DNA of 55,857 nucleotides from Clostridiales bacterium. GTDB lineage: Bacteria; Bacillota; Limnochordia; Darwinibacteriales; B1SED10-159. Location of the stretch: the NCBI GenBank assembly GCA_003551965.1, contig PUOC01000169.1:1-55857 (forward strand), given 5' to 3'. The translations under genes were made by a program, and so were the position numbers. Below the pieces are notes generated by a model. That model ran no database searches. It worked only from the letters and a program-made list of their open reading frames with translations, and was not told where the DNA came from. Below, piece after piece: positions 19,058 to 27,183 of this stretch; position 1 is the stretch's first letter; each line of letters starts with the position of its first letter.

Positions 19058-19623
19058 TGTGTATCGCCCCGCCGCCGGCTCATACCCTGCCATCCGATCA
19101 CCGAATCCATGTTCAGGTATTGGCCCATGACATATATGAGAGGGTCGGCCGCCTTCGGATCGATGCGGCCATTGGCTATAACAGCCGGATCGTGAACCAC
19201 TGCCTGAATTTCGCCTATGAAAAGGTCGTGAACCCCCAGGGTTTGAATACTGTGCACTTTGCACTCCAGCTGCACCGGACACTCTTTGATACCTGGTACA
19301 GAAACACGGCGGCTCTCCTCCGGCGTAAATCCGCAGGCTTCAAATTTATCTACGTCTCGCCCGGACACAAGGCCGCAGTAATCCACTTCTTCGGCCTGGG
19401 ATGCCGTGGGTATATTGACCACGAACTCCCGCCGTTCTTTGATCAATCCATGGGAGTACCGGCGCGGTTGTACAGAAACACTGATCATCGGCGGTTCCGA
19501 ACAGACAGTGCCCGCCCAGGCGGCCGTAATAATATTCGGTTGGGTACCCCGCCCCTGGCAGGTCACTAGGACAACAGGAAGGGGATACAGCCAGGTTCCA
19601 GGATCACGCATCACTTTTTCCAT
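19054..19623 (-). CDS. Flavin reductase-like (FMN-binding split-barrel) protein
   Basis: The translation reads LYPLPVVLVTCQGRGTQPNIITAAWAGTVCSEPPMISVSVQPRRYSHGLIKERREFVVNIP..DYCGLVSGRDVDKF.., typical of the flavin reductase domain family. Confidence 0.85.
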   Translation of the reverse strand: MEKVMRDPGTWLYPLPVVLVTCQGRGTQPNIITAAWAGTVCSEPPMISVSVQPRRYSHGLIKERREFVVNIPTASQAEEVDYCGLVSGRDVDKFEACGFTPEESRRVSVPGIKECPVQLECKVHSIQTLGVHDLFIGEIQAVVHDPAVIANGRIDPKAADPLIYVMGQYLNMDSVIGWQGMSRRRGDTQ

Positions 19624-19914
19624 AATGCTGCAGCACGCGAAGGCTGTCCATATCGCCTTCGCTAGCCTTCGCCTCCTTCAAAAACAATGTGCCCGCGGAC
19701 TTCCAGTCCCTGGGGCGGTACAATTCCATTGCGGGAACACCCTTACCTTGCCGCCCCTATCCTGGCAACCCGTGGTCCGTGGGCCGGAGAGGGGGAAGCC
19801 ATCTCCAAAGCCTCTTTCGCACCCAGCGGTGCGGTCATGGAAAGCGGCCTAAGGCCCGTGTCAGCCGGCATGGCCATGATGGTCCAAATGCCTCTGGGCT
19901 GCTCCCCGGCACAT

Positions 19915-20571
19915 CTACTTTCCAAAGGAAAGCCTCCGGCGGCCGTAAACTTCCCGGCCCGCCTGCCAGAGGAACGCGTCCGCTGTCAATTCTTGGATAT
20001 GACGGTATACTTGGTCTAGCTCTTCAGGCAGCAGCCGCAGATGAAACGTAACATCGCTGCCGTATTCCGTGTCCACCGGCCTATGGCCCGCCGTTTCCAG
20101 GAAATTGGCCACGCGGCCCGATGCACTGTAATCCACTGTAACAGCAGCTTCCTGCTGCGGGATATATAGGGCAATCCCGCTTTTCTCCAACGCGTCTTGG
20201 GCCGTCTTCGTATAGGCTCGAATCAGGCCGCCGCGCCCTAACAATGTACCTCCGAAATAGCGGGTCACCACCACCGCTGTGTTGACCAATCCATGTTTCT
20301 TTAGAACTTCGAGGACCGGTGCGCCCGCTGTACCCGAGGGTTCGCCGTCGTCACTGGCCTTTTGGATTTCTGCCTGCAGTCCTACGATATATACAGGAAC
20401 ATTATGGCTTGCGGTGCTGTGCTTTTCCCGCACCTGCGCCACAAAAGCTTCGGCCGCTTCCTGGCTGTGGACCGGACAGACACGGGCAATAAAACGAGAT
20501 TTCTTTTCTACACGTTCCGCTTCAGCGTCCTGCGCGGCACAGCGGTACGATTGCAGTGCCAAGGATCTCAC
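19915..20571 (-). CDS. yigZ: YigZ / IMPACT family protein
   Basis: The translation reads ..VEKKSRFIARVCPVHSQEAAEAFVAQVREKHSTASHNVPVYIVG..SDDGEPSGTAGAPVLEVLKKHGLVNTAVVVTRYFGGTLLGRGGLIRAY... Confidence 0.85.
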   Translation of the reverse strand: MRSLALQSYRCAAQDAEAERVEKKSRFIARVCPVHSQEAAEAFVAQVREKHSTASHNVPVYIVGLQAEIQKASDDGEPSGTAGAPVLEVLKKHGLVNTAVVVTRYFGGTLLGRGGLIRAYTKTAQDALEKSGIALYIPQQEAAVTVDYSASGRVANFLETAGHRPVDTEYGSDVTFHLRLLPEELDQVYRHIQELTADAFLWQAGREVYGRRRLSFGK

Positions 20572-20658
20572 CTCTTCCCCCTTCTTTGTTCCACATGGGC
20601 TTTACTTCTTCCTGCCCTGTCTGGTATAACTATCTTAAGGAAGAGAGGGTGACTTGAT

Positions 20659-22818
20659 ATGGACATCATGCAGGAATTGGCGAAGCAGTTTTCCCTTGCC
20701 CCCGCCAAGGTCGAACTGACCGTTGCTCTGTTGGACGAGGGCAACACCATTCCCTTTATTGCCCGCTACCGCAAGGAAGCCACGGGCGAAATGGACGAAG
20801 TCGTTCTCCGCGAGCTCGATGAGCGGCTCCAGTATCTGCGGGGCCTAGAACAGCGGAAACAGGAAATTACACGGCTCATTGATGAACAGGGCAAGCTCAG
20901 TCCGCAGCTGCAGCAATCCATCGCTGCGGCGGCAAGTCTGCAGGCACTCGACGATCTGTACAGGCCGTTCCGGCCTAAGCGCCGCACCCGGGCCTCGATA
21001 GCCAAAGATAAGGGCCTAGAGCCCTTGGCTGATCAGATTGAAGGACAGCAGACCGGTGAACCCATGCAGGCCGCGGCCGCCTATGTGTCCGAAGAAGTGC
21101 CCGATGCAGAGTCGGCCCGTCAAGGGGCCCTCGACATCTTGGCCGAACGTTTTGCTGACGAACCGGAACTGCGCCAGTTCATTCGCCGCTACACATGGGA
21201 CCATGCAGTGATCGCCACAGAAAAAGCCAAGGATGTAGATGAAGAGCAAGCCCATCAATACCGAATGTATTTCGAATACGAGGAGCCACTGCGGAAACTG
21301 CCGCCCCACCGCATCCTTGCCATCAACCGCGGAGAGAAGGAAAAGGCCCTGCGGGTCAAAATCGGGCTGGCGATGGATCCTCTCCTGACATTTCTGGAAA
21401 AACGAGTTATTGCCAACCCGCACCACCCCACAGCCCAATGGCTGCGGGAAGCGCTTCGAGATGGCTACCAGCGCCTCATTGCCCCCAGCATTGAAAGGGA
21501 GCTGCGCAGCGCATTGACGGAGACCGCCGAGGAGCAAGCCATCAACATATTCGGCAAAAACCTGCGCAGCCTGCTCATGCAGCCGCCGCTGCAGGGACGA
21601 ACAGTTTTGGGCATCGATCCTGCCTACCGGACAGGATGCAAGGTCGTGGTCGTCAATGAATACGGCGATCTGCTGCACACCACCACCATCTACCCCCATG
21701 CACCGCAGAACCGCTGGGAAGAGGCGAAGCATGTGCTGCAGGATCTAGCGGCGGCACACAGCGTGTCTCTGATTGCCATTGGCAACGGCACGGCCAGCCG
21801 TGAGACAGAGCAGCTGGCTGCAGAAATTATTCGGTCCAGTGAAACGCTGCAGTATTTGGTGGTGAACGAAGCCGGGGCATCGGTATACTCTGCTTCGGAC
21901 TTGGCGCGCAAAGAGTTCCCTGAACTGGATGTATCCCTGCGGGGAGCAGTGTCCATTGCCCGCCGCGTACAGGACCCCCTGGCCGAACTGGTGAAAATCG
22001 ACCCGCAGTCCATCGGTGTGGGGCAATACCAGCACGATGTCAACCAAAAGCGCCTTTCGGGGACCCTTGAGGCAGTGGTGGAGAGCTGTGTCAACTATGT
22101 CGGTGTGGAGTTAAACAGTGCTTCACCGGCCCTGCTGCAGTATGTGGCCGGATTGAGCAGCTCCGTGGCCCAATCCATTCTGGATCACCGCCGTCAAAAC
22201 GGGCCGTTCCACAACCGCAGGGAGCTGCTGAAGGTCAAAAAGCTCGGGCCAAAAGCCTTCCAGCAGGCGGCCGGATTTCTGCGAATTCGCGACAGTGAGA
22301 ATCCCTTGGACAACACGGCTGTCCACCCGGAATCCTATGATTTGGCCCAGCAGATCCTGCAGCGCATTGACATGGAACTGGCCGACCTGCACAGCAGAGA
22401 AACGCTGCAGCAGCTGCAGGAACGCTTCAAGCATATGCAGCCGGCCGGATTGGCCCAGGAACTAAAGGCCGGTGAACCCACCGTCAGGGATATACTTGAT
22501 TCCCTGGTACAGCCGGGGCGGGATCCCAGGGATACCCTGCCGCCCCCGGTGTTCCGGCAGGACGTACTGGATATGGAAGACCTGGAAACAGGAATGATCC
22601 TCCAGGGCACCGTGCAAAACGTTGTAGATTTTGGCGCCTTCGTGGATATCGGCGTAAAAAAGGCAGGACTGGTCCACATATCACAGATCTCTGATTCCTT
22701 TGTGCGCCATCCCACTGATGTGCTGCAGGTGGGGGATGTGGTCACCGTACAAGTTCTTTCCGTGGAACAAAAAAGCGGACGCATCAGTTTGACCATGAAA
22801 ATTCAAGACGCGTCGTAA
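20659..22818 (+). CDS. tex: Tex-like transcription accessory protein with a C-terminal S1 domain
   Basis: The 719-aa protein starts ..LLDEGNTIPFIARYRKEATGEMDEVVLREL... It has a YqgF-like core, an HhH region, and a C-terminal S1 domain (GMILQGTVQNVVDFGAFVDIGVKKAGLVHISQISD). Confidence 0.93.
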   Translation: MDIMQELAKQFSLAPAKVELTVALLDEGNTIPFIARYRKEATGEMDEVVLRELDERLQYLRGLEQRKQEITRLIDEQGKLSPQLQQSIAAAASLQALDDLYRPFRPKRRTRASIAKDKGLEPLADQIEGQQTGEPMQAAAAYVSEEVPDAESARQGALDILAERFADEPELRQFIRRYTWDHAVIATEKAKDVDEEQAHQYRMYFEYEEPLRKLPPHRILAINRGEKEKALRVKIGLAMDPLLTFLEKRVIANPHHPTAQWLREALRDGYQRLIAPSIERELRSALTETAEEQAINIFGKNLRSLLMQPPLQGRTVLGIDPAYRTGCKVVVVNEYGDLLHTTTIYPHAPQNRWEEAKHVLQDLAAAHSVSLIAIGNGTASRETEQLAAEIIRSSETLQYLVVNEAGASVYSASDLARKEFPELDVSLRGAVSIARRVQDPLAELVKIDPQSIGVGQYQHDVNQKRLSGTLEAVVESCVNYVGVELNSASPALLQYVAGLSSSVAQSILDHRRQNGPFHNRRELLKVKKLGPKAFQQAAGFLRIRDSENPLDNTAVHPESYDLAQQILQRIDMELADLHSRETLQQLQERFKHMQPAGLAQELKAGEPTVRDILDSLVQPGRDPRDTLPPPVFRQDVLDMEDLETGMILQGTVQNVVDFGAFVDIGVKKAGLVHISQISDSFVRHPTDVLQVGDVVTVQVLSVEQKSGRISLTMKIQDAS

Positions 22819-23864
22819 CTCCGTTGGCTCTGCCTTCCTTGGCCGCCAGCTGGATTGTTTTCGGAGAATTCCCGCAGACCCGGTTTGGATGGAAACAACA
22901 GCTGGCGGTTCTTTGTGCTTGGATAACTTTTGTCAAGCCCTTGGCGGGCAAAGTAGGCCAGAGCCAGCTGCCGCCCCCGCTGAATCAGAGCGGGAACGGC
23001 ATTGGTGTCAAACAGGCTGGTGTCATAGATTTCCGGCAGCAGGGTCACCGCCCTCTGCTGATCCCACCGTCGGGGATCCTTATCTGTACGGTACTGGTGC
23101 AGCGTCATAATGTCGAGGGACTGGCCTAGGACCTCAGTGATTCCCCATTGGTGCGCCCCATTCTGACGTTCACCGGCGTAGCCCAGCTGTACTCCCAGAA
23201 CAGACTCTACGCCGCCGGCCTCTAGAAGTGCCCGCAGCGGATACCCTTGGCGCACGCCGCCGTCTATGTAGAGCTGTCCCCCGATGCGTGCCGGCAGAAA
23301 AATGCCGGGAATGCTGCAGCTTGCCCGTACAGCCCGTGCGGTCGAAGAGCCTGTGACAATGCGGTATCCGCGGTATATTCCCTGGGAATCGGTGCGCAGG
23401 GCCGATGCAGTCTTGGTGTCACAGAAGAGCGTCTCCCGGCCATCGTGCAGATCCACTGCGTGAATGAGGAGGCGTGCATTTCCTTGTTCGGCAGCGGCCT
23501 GTCCCAGGTCCGCTAATGTGTAGTGCCCGGGCAGCTGCGCCTGGATCTGCGCCTCTAGGGCGCGCCCAATGATCAGTCCTGCTCCGCGCCATGGAGTTTG
23601 CAAGACCACCCGGCCAATCCAACCCAGCCAATTCCAATCCAAAAACCGGCGCCTTTTTCTTCCTTGATAGGCCGTAAATACCGCTTCCATGGTATCGGGT
23701 TCCATGCCTGCTGCGTACAGTGCAGCAATAATAGCTCCCCCGGATGTTCCGGCCACCACCGCAGGGCGCAGTTGAAACTCGTGCAGGGCCTGCAGAACCC
23801 CAATATGTGCCGCAGCTCGGATACCGCCGCCCGACAGTGCCATCCCCCACGCTTTTTCCATCAT
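22803..23864 (-). CDS. Patatin-like phospholipase
   Basis: It carries the oxyanion motif GMALSGGGIRAAAHIGVLQAL, the nucleophile elbow GTSGGAIIAALYA, and a later DGG (YIDGGVRQ). Confidence 0.85.
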   Translation of the reverse strand: MMEKAWGMALSGGGIRAAAHIGVLQALHEFQLRPAVVAGTSGGAIIAALYAAGMEPDTMEAVFTAYQGRKRRRFLDWNWLGWIGRVVLQTPWRGAGLIIGRALEAQIQAQLPGHYTLADLGQAAAEQGNARLLIHAVDLHDGRETLFCDTKTASALRTDSQGIYRGYRIVTGSSTARAVRASCSIPGIFLPARIGGQLYIDGGVRQGYPLRALLEAGGVESVLGVQLGYAGERQNGAHQWGITEVLGQSLDIMTLHQYRTDKDPRRWDQQRAVTLLPEIYDTSLFDTNAVPALIQRGRQLALAYFARQGLDKSYPSTKNRQLLFPSKPGLREFSENNPAGGQGRQSQRSYDAS

Positions 23865-23933
23865 AGATCCCCTTTCTTGGCTTATTATTTTATTTATAGA
23901 TTTCGTTTTCTGTTAATTGTAGCGGAAATGCAG

Positions 23934-23959
23934 CTCCTGTCCTGTGGAGAACAGGAGCG
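23934..23959 (-). terminator. Hairpin downstream of lepB (weak terminator candidate)
   Basis: An 8-bp stem GCTCCTGT/ACAGGAGC with a 10-nt loop, followed on the minus strand by only a partly U-rich tail. An AT-rich patatin promoter region follows. Confidence 0.35.
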
Positions 23960-23980
23960 TTGCAATACCGAAATCCGCAG

Positions 23981-24544
23981 TTAATCAACGATGGCCGGAG
24001 CGCGCAGCACTTCCACCTCGGTGATCGGCCAGTATCGCCATACAGCCCGTCCAACAATGAGCTCCCTGGGGACGAAACCCACCCTTCGGTCACGGCTGTC
24101 AAGACTGTTGTTGCGGTTGTCACCCAGAACAAAATAATGGTCTTCAGGAACTTCCCGGGAAGAAAAACTGCTTAGAGGCGGCTCACTGATATACTGCTCG
24201 TCAATGGGATCGTTGTTCACTAAGACTTCGCCTTGGCGAATTTCTACCGTATCGCCGGGAAGGGCTATGACTCTTTTTATAAACTCCTCCTGGGGATTGT
24301 ACGGAAACTTGAACACGATGATATCTCCGTAATCGGGCTCGGTAAAACGATAGGAAACTTTCTCAACCACAAGCCTTTCGCCGTTTTCTAACGTCGGACT
24401 CATGGACGAGCCTTGAACAACGAAGGATTGGGCCACAAAGATAATTAAAAACCCCGCCAAGAGAACGGAGCCGACGATGGTTTCTATCCATTCCCGCAGT
24501 TCACTTTTCTGCTTCTTGGTGTCTTTGCGTTTGCGTCGAAACAA
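23981..24544 (-). CDS. lepB: Signal peptidase I
   Basis: It shows GSSMSPTLENGERLVV (catalytic Ser box), GDIIVFKFP, FIKRVIALPGDTVEI (Lys box) and FVLGDNRNNSLDSR. The start is a TTG. Confidence 0.9.
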   Translation of the reverse strand: MFRRKRKDTKKQKSELREWIETIVGSVLLAGFLIIFVAQSFVVQGSSMSPTLENGERLVVEKVSYRFTEPDYGDIIVFKFPYNPQEEFIKRVIALPGDTVEIRQGEVLVNNDPIDEQYISEPPLSSFSSREVPEDHYFVLGDNRNNSLDSRDRRVGFVPRELIVGRAVWRYWPITEVEVLRAPAIVD

Positions 24545-24751
24545 TGGGCATCACTCCCTATATGATTGCTGCTAAAGGAGAACATACGCAGCGTATATGG
24601 CGACAGCCGTCTGCAACGGCTGTCTTGGGAAAACCGTGCTGTCGGTAGAACTGTGCAGCCAGCCCCATGGCCGTAAGGTTCCCTGGGTGCTGGATTGGTT
24701 TTCAACGTCTCCTTATAGTATAACGCATTTCAGCGGATTTTGCAGTGTCGT

Positions 24752-25564
24752 TCAAGCATTTTTCTTACCGCCATGGGCATGATCGTCTGCCGGGGACGGT
24801 GCAGGAGAGAAGGATATTTCTAAGCCGTCATAGGCCAACGCAACCCCTGAAGGAAGCCGCCGGTTGGTGTCATCATGATCCAGCAAATGGGAAATATGCG
24901 TGAAGTACGTTCGCCGGGGCTGCAGTTCTTCGATGATCTCCAAGGCCATATCGATATGCATGTGCGTAGAATGCGGTTCATAGCGGACTACGCCAAGAAT
25001 AAGGGTCTCCAGCCCATACAACTGCTCCATGGATGCAGGCGGTATTTGGTTTGTATCCGTGACATAGGCCAGGTTGCCGAAACGGTACCCGTAAATGGGA
25101 AGGACACCGTGATAGACCGGAATCGGTATCACGGGCACCTGTTCGATGCTGAACGATTCCCCGATGATGTGGGGATACACCTGCGGTTTGCCTCCTCCCC
25201 GCTGCGTTTCGCGAAATGCATAACCGAACACTTCGCAGATTTCTTCGATAGTGGGCCGGTTGCCGTATATCGGAACTTTCTTCTGATGATAGCGGCTGAA
25301 CACCCGCAGATCATCAAAGCCAAATACGTGATCGGCGTGACAGTGGGTATATAAGACCGCGTCCACATCGTGCATGCCGGCTTCTACAGCCTGGATGCGA
25401 AATTCATTGGCCGTATCAACGAGAATGCTTGTCTCTTCGTTGTACAGCCAAACTGAGCAACGGGTGCGCATGTTTTTCGGCTTTCTGCTGGTGCATACAG
25501 GACAGCCACACCCAATAACGGGAATTCCGTGGGATGTCCCTGTTCCTAAAAATCGCAGTTTCAT
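24752..25564 (-). CDS. MBL-fold metallo-hydrolase (PhnP-like)
   Basis: The N-terminus is MKLRFLGTGTSHGIPVIGCGCPVCTS. The metal-binding motif YTHCHADHVFG is present. Confidence 0.85.
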   Translation of the reverse strand: MKLRFLGTGTSHGIPVIGCGCPVCTSRKPKNMRTRCSVWLYNEETSILVDTANEFRIQAVEAGMHDVDAVLYTHCHADHVFGFDDLRVFSRYHQKKVPIYGNRPTIEEICEVFGYAFRETQRGGGKPQVYPHIIGESFSIEQVPVIPIPVYHGVLPIYGYRFGNLAYVTDTNQIPPASMEQLYGLETLILGVVRYEPHSTHMHIDMALEIIEELQPRRTYFTHISHLLDHDDTNRRLPSGVALAYDGLEISFSPAPSPADDHAHGGKKNA

Positions 25565-25698
25565 CGGATAGAGCTTCCCTTCCCTACAAGAGTCGCATGC
25601 TGCTGTTGTTTTTCGCTGGTGAGCCCTGGAATTCCTATACTATAGTACCACTACACCCTCCGTTCGTCCATAGACAACTATAAGATCTCTGTGACCCC

Positions 25699-25727
25699 TT
25701 GACAGAACATCTGTTCTTTTATAAAAT
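25699..25727 (+). promoter_or_regulatory. Promoter of the imuB-dnaE2 cassette
   Basis: TTGACA (25699..25704), a 17-nt spacer, then TAAAAT (25722..25727). Confidence 0.55.
25704..25717 (+). promoter_or_regulatory. LexA operator (Cheo/SOS box)
   Basis: AGAACATCTGTTCT is a perfect GAAC-N4-GTTC palindrome of the Gram-positive SOS box. It occupies the promoter spacer. Confidence 0.7.
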
Positions 25728-25734
25728 TAAATAA

Positions 25735-25746
25735 GAACTCATGTTT
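25735..25746 (+). promoter_or_regulatory. Second, degenerate LexA-box-like site
   Basis: GAACTCATGTTT (GAAC-N4-GTTT) lies just downstream of the -10 element. Confidence 0.4.
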
Positions 25747-25765
25747 TACTCTGGAGGCGATCAAT

Positions 25766-26881
25766 GTGTTCTTCTACTTTACTCTTCGTCATTTCTATGC
25801 CGCGCAGTACCAGCAACCACATATTTTGACATACCAGGGGCAGCTGTGGGATTTTTCGCCGGAATTAAAGGCATATGGGATCTCTCTGCAGACACCCTTA
25901 AAAATGGCCCGTCATCATGCTCCCCAGGCTTTGGTGGCAGCCATTGATTTTTCCCAATTTCAGCAGCCGCAGAGCAAGTGGCTGGATTGGAGCCGCCTGT
26001 GGTTTTCCCAAATCGAACCGGAATACCCCCATGCCTGGTATGGCCGCCTTCAAACTCCCCTATCTTGGCAGCCCATTATCGAGGATTTCCAACACCAGCT
26101 GCAGCAGAGCAATTTGGAAGGAACCTGGGGAGGTGGTTGGAGTAAGCTTACAGCAAAGTTGGCCGCCCGCCAAAATACAGGAGCCGTCATCCTCCCGGAG
26201 GATACAGAGCTTTTTTTGCGTGATCTTCCCATTTATTGGCTTGCACCGGCTAAAGCATCGGCCCTTGAAAAGCTCGGAATTTATACCATCGGCCAATTAG
26301 CTTCTTTGTCCCTGCCGCAACTGCAGCAGCAGTTCGGCGCCGACGGCGATCACTTATACTATGCGGCGCGCGGTTTCGATCGCACACCTTTTTCACCTCT
26401 TCCCGATGAGCCGGCACCATGGCAGTTCGACTTCTCTGCCCATCCAGAATATCATGGCAGGGAAGATATGTTCTATGTATTCCATATCCTTGAAGAAGGC
26501 TGCCAAGAGCTGGCCTCTGCATTCGCCTCTAAGGGGCTTGCCATAAAGTCTCTGCAGTTTTGCTGGCAGACTTGGGACGGCCGCAGGGAATGTCAACAAC
26601 TGCCCCTGCACGCACCTTCAAACAAAGCGGACGATTTGATGCGCAGATTAACTGCTCAGGTTCCAAGATGCATCTTACACTGGGTTTCCCTGGCCGTAAA
26701 CGATTGGGAGGAAGAATTCCCGGAACAGCTGGACCTTTTTGCTGCGCCCAGAAAGGATACCCCATCCATAGAAGCGGTTCTGCAGCAGCTGCAGGCCGTG
26801 CTCGGACGCAGCAGCATCACCACTCTTTCCATTCCCCGCCGGGAAAAAGTGCTGGCTCTGTGGGAAGGGAAGCCACTGTGA
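25766..26881 (+). CDS. imuB: ImuB-like Y-family polymerase homologue (catalytic acidic residues absent)
   Basis: GTG start 8 nt after GGAGG. The Y-family-like layout includes ..LKAYGISLQTPLKMARHHAPQ.. and LPIYWLAPAKASALEKLGIYTIGQLASLSLPQLQQQFG (HhH/little-finger region). It lies immediately upstream of dnaE2 and behind a LexA box. Confidence 0.75.
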   Translation: MFFYFTLRHFYAAQYQQPHILTYQGQLWDFSPELKAYGISLQTPLKMARHHAPQALVAAIDFSQFQQPQSKWLDWSRLWFSQIEPEYPHAWYGRLQTPLSWQPIIEDFQHQLQQSNLEGTWGGGWSKLTAKLAARQNTGAVILPEDTELFLRDLPIYWLAPAKASALEKLGIYTIGQLASLSLPQLQQQFGADGDHLYYAARGFDRTPFSPLPDEPAPWQFDFSAHPEYHGREDMFYVFHILEEGCQELASAFASKGLAIKSLQFCWQTWDGRRECQQLPLHAPSNKADDLMRRLTAQVPRCILHWVSLAVNDWEEEFPEQLDLFAAPRKDTPSIEAVLQQLQAVLGRSSITTLSIPRREKVLALWEGKPL

Positions 26882-27117
26882 CAAAACTGGTCCAGACAAC
26901 CGTGGACGTCGGCACAGAGCAGTTAAAGCCCCGGTGGTTTTTCTTTCAAAGGCGGCGCCCTGTGGACAGCATCCAGGAATATTGGCGGGAGAAAGGGCGC
27001 TGGTGGAAGCAGGAACCGGAACTCCATGTTTATCGGGTGGTATCTGAAGGCACACTATTTGAACTCCATTATTTTCCCGATACGGCCCAGTGGGTACTGC
27101 ATCGCATGTATGATTGA
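26878..27117 (+). CDS. 79-aa ORF between imuB and dnaE2, possibly a detached ImuB C-terminal module
   Basis: Its GTG overlaps the imuB stop (GTGA). The product ..WFFFQRRRPVDSIQEYWREKGRWWKQEPELHVYRVVSEGTLFELHYFPDTAQWVLHRMYD is rich in conserved-looking aromatics. This frame is open from 26560. Confidence 0.55.
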   Translation: MTKLVQTTVDVGTEQLKPRWFFFQRRRPVDSIQEYWREKGRWWKQEPELHVYRVVSEGTLFELHYFPDTAQWVLHRMYD

Positions 27118-27150
27118 TCGCAACACCCCAAGTGTAAAAGGAGGCAGGCG

Positions 27151-27183
27151 ATGTTTCCGGAATTCATCGCCGTACGTCAATGA
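27151..27183 (+). CDS. Putative 10-codon upstream ORF (MFPEFIAVRQ) coupled to dnaE2
   Basis: AAAGGAGG (27137..27144) lies 6 nt before the ATG at 27151. Its TGA stop (27181..27183) overlaps the dnaE2 ATG (27180..27182) as ATGA. I see no SD in front of the dnaE2 ATG itself. Confidence 0.3.
   Translation: MFPEFIAVRQ

Noticed and set aside
19690-19790. FMN riboswitch upstream of the flavin reductase gene
   Set aside because: Fragments such as GGGTGTTCCC and GGAATTGTACC resemble pieces of the RFN element. The region is too short (about 85 nt). It lacks the six-helix layout and conserved junction sequences. It is kept only as an unassigned structured leader.
22803-23864. Patatin-like phospholipase as a CBASS (CapV-like) effector
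   Set aside because: No cyclic-oligonucleotide synthase, ubiquitin-like or TRIP13/HORMA accessory genes lie adjacent. The neighbours are tex and lepB. It looks like a housekeeping RssA-type lipase.
24484-24751. A 73-aa ORF and a 9-bp perfect palindrome (GACAGCCGT..ACGGCTGTC, 24601..24623) in the MBL-lepB spacer. Checked as well for SRP RNA or 6S RNA.
   Set aside because: The ORF overlaps lepB out of frame and has an improbable composition. The SRP domain IV core (GGAAGGAAGCAGC-like) is absent. The palindrome is most simply a terminator-like hairpin after the MBL gene, without a U-tail.
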